UHGV virus genome: UHGV-0117053
Source: a virus
Direction: 5' to 3' (one strand)
Length of the DNA stretch: 64,000 bases
The position numbers and the translations under genes were made by a program. The notes beneath the pieces are model-generated. The model saw nothing but the letters and a program-made list of their open reading frames with translations. It searched no databases and was not told where the DNA came from. This document shows, piece after piece, positions 62,188 to 64,000 of the stretch; the stretch's first letter is position 1; the number at the start of each line of letters is the position of its first letter.

Positions 62188-62622
62188 ATGTCTGACGTCT
62201 CAACAAACCTCTATAAGAGTCAGTTGTTGGACTATTACTATCAGCGGCGCGCTGAATCGTCCATTAACAAAGGCTCTCGATTTTTAATCAGCAAGGCCGT
62301 TTTCGGTACCAGTTCACTGGTTACTAAGAAAGGAGATGGCACTTATGAGATTGGAGAACTGCCAAAGGCTTTCGATCTGGCAGAACTGACCAGTCAATTT
62401 TGCACCATCAACCTCGTCCCAACCTACTCAGGCGGGATAATTACTGTCCGAATGGACCTTGATCAAAGTCAGTTGCAGGAAGGGAAAAACTACCCATTCA
62501 ACACTCTGGTTGTTCTGGATAACGAGAATAAGCCAATCGCCATTATTTGTGTCCAAGAAGACTCGCTGTATGTGGGCAAAACATATACCGCAGTTATGGC
62601 CATAAACTCGACTACAGCATAA
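62188..62622 (+). CDS. Protein immediately upstream of the tail-fibre gene (R-like by position), 144 aa
   Basis: Track ORF preceded by a GC-rich hairpin at 62118-62145. Confidence 0.5.
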   Translation: MSDVSTNLYKSQLLDYYYQRRAESSINKGSRFLISKAVFGTSSLVTKKGDGTYEIGELPKAFDLAELTSQFCTINLVPTYSGGIITVRMDLDQSQLQEGKNYPFNTLVVLDNENKPIAIICVQEDSLYVGKTYTAVMAINSTTA

Positions 62623-62633
62623 GGATATGCTTG

Positions 62634-64000
62634 ATGAATGACGTTACAGTTGTTACATCGGTTACTTACCCATCACCCGAGTCGTTGGCTCTGGTGGCTG
62701 ATGTGCAATACCACGAACCATATCTGTCAGCCGCTCTAAACCGAAAATTCAGGGGAATTGTTGACCCGGGATTTTATGCTGGTTTCTTGCCTAAGCCTGG
62801 CGGTGGAATGAACCTGTTAATCACCTCAGTGGATGGAGATAAAACCGCTGGCGCGGCGTCAGTGGATATTGGTGAATTCTACCAGGTAACTATTCAGCAT
62901 CGTAAGGATATCTCTCTTGCACTTAACGCAGGCAAGAAATATGCAATTGTGCTGAAGGGAAGATACCTTCTTGGAGAAGATACCTATCAGGTGAATACCG
63001 CGTCACATATTCATGCAGCTGAATTTGTTGCCAGAACCTATACCGATTCATATCAGTTAGGTGATGGGGAACTGCTGGTTTGTACGGTGAATATCCCTGC
63101 TGGCGTATCTACCATTACTCAAGAGATGATTGATACATCCGAGCGTATCAACCGCACGATCGGCATTGATATTTCAGACTCTGTAACCAGTACCAGAAGT
63201 GATGTTGCTGCGAGTTCGCTGGCAGTTAAAAAAGCCTACGATCTGGCGAAAAGCAAGTATACGGCGCAGGATGCAAGCACAACGCAAAAGGGATTAGTTC
63301 AGCTCAGTAGTGCCACTAACAGTACGTCCGAAGTGCTGGCCGCCACACCGAAAGCTGTCAAGGCTGCATATGACCTGGCTAACGGGAAGTATACAGCCCA
63401 GGATGCAACCACGACACAAAAAGGGATAGTTCAGCTCAGTAGCGACACCAACAGCACTTCTGAAACATTAGCTGCAACTCCAAAAGCGGTTAAAGCTGCA
63501 TACGATCTAGCAGCCGGAAAGGCACCATCCAGTCATACACATCCCTGGAATCAGATCACTGGTGTGCCAACAGCTTCATTGACAGCGAAAGGCATCACTC
63601 AGCTCAGTAGTGCCACTAACAGCACGTCTGAAGTGCTGGCCGCCACACCGAAAGCTGTCAAGGCTGCATATGACCTGGCTAACGGGAAGTATACAGCCCA
63701 GGATGCAACCACGACACAAAAAGGGATAGTTCAGCTCAGCAGTGCTACCAATAGCACGTCCGAAGTGCTGGCCGCCACACCGAAAGCTGTCAAGGCTGCA
63801 TATGATTTGGCTAATGGAAAGCAAGCGGCAGACGCTACGCTCACTGCTCTAGCGGCACTAGCTACAGCAGCAGATAAACTCCCTTATTTCACAGGTGTTG
63901 ATCGTGCCGCGTTAACTGCATTGACAAGTGTTGGACGCGCCATTCTTGGTAAGACCAGTATTCAGAGCGTTCTTGATTACCTTGGTTTGGGGGAAGGCTC
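62634..64000 (+). CDS. S: Tail-fibre protein S, N-terminal 455 codons; continues past the window end
   Basis: AAGGA RBS, ATG 62634; MNDVTVVTSVTYPSPESL...; four copies of the repeat TQKGIVQLSSATNSTSEVLAATPKAVKAAYDLANGK. Confidence 0.85.
   Translation, partial: MNDVTVVTSVTYPSPESLALVADVQYHEPYLSAALNRKFRGIVDPGFYAGFLPKPGGGMNLLITSVDGDKTAGAASVDIGEFYQVTIQHRKDISLALNAGKKYAIVLKGRYLLGEDTYQVNTASHIHAAEFVARTYTDSYQLGDGELLVCTVNIPAGVSTITQEMIDTSERINRTIGIDISDSVTSTRSDVAASSLAVKKAYDLAKSKYTAQDASTTQKGLVQLSSATNSTSEVLAATPKAVKAAYDLANGKYTAQDATTTQKGIVQLSSDTNSTSETLAATPKAVKAAYDLAAGKAPSSHTHPWNQITGVPTASLTAKGITQLSSATNSTSEVLAATPKAVKAAYDLANGKYTAQDATTTQKGIVQLSSATNSTSEVLAATPKAVKAAYDLANGKQAADATLTALAALATAADKLPYFTGVDRAALTALTSVGRAILGKTSIQSVLDYLGLGEG
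63290..63830 (+). repeat. In-frame tandem repeats (about 117-126 bp) within the tail-fibre gene
   Basis: Near-identical DNA blocks CAGCTCAGTAG...GCTGCATATGACCTGGCTAACGGGAAG recur at about 63300, 63430, 63600 and 63720. Confidence 0.8.

Noticed and set aside
63290-63830. Tandem DNA repeats that might be a VNTR or a CRISPR-like array
   Set aside because: They are in-frame coding repeats within the tail-fibre gene, encoding a reiterated TQKGIVQLSS...AYDLANGK motif typical of tail fibres.

Overview
This 64-kb window is an arc of a P1-like (punavirus-type) temperate phage-plasmid, read from inside cre towards the tail-fibre gene. All identifications rest on motifs read from the translations and on my recollection of P1-family biology; no database search or computation was possible. 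In order: cre (cut by the window start) and loxP; immunity C (coi, c1, C1 operators); pacB-pacA with a 7-hexamer GATC pac site; lpa; the phd/doc addiction module; LexA-boxed humD; hot; a ~13-kb minus-strand block of accessory early genes (three Ea22-like paralogs, PD-(D/E)xK and VRR-NUC nucleases, HAD and Ser/Thr phosphatases, glycosyltransferase-like genes); a plus-strand baseplate operon; the C1-controlled ban operon with three tRNAs (Asn-GUU, Thr-UGU, Ile2-CAU), a TerB-like tciA, dmt and hrdC; an iteron plasmid replicon (oriR-repA-incA) followed by P1-type parA-parB-parS; head, sheath and tube genes; a hok/mok-like toxin; the lytic replicon and immunity I (repL, kilA, ant1, icd, c4); sim-like secreted proteins; sit and baseplate genes; and the 5' part of tail-fibre gene S. 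Fourteen C1-operator-like sites are listed, two of them weak. The best candidates for something not described in classical P1 are: (1) a T5orf172/GIY-YIG-like ORF sitting between incA and parA; (2) a family of tRNA-fragment-like hairpin modules interleaved with the tRNA genes; (3) a RepA and iteron set that differ from P1 while partition looks P1-type; (4) a glycosyltransferase-rich accessory cluster; (5) a secreted protein that copies a motif from the injection protein Sit.
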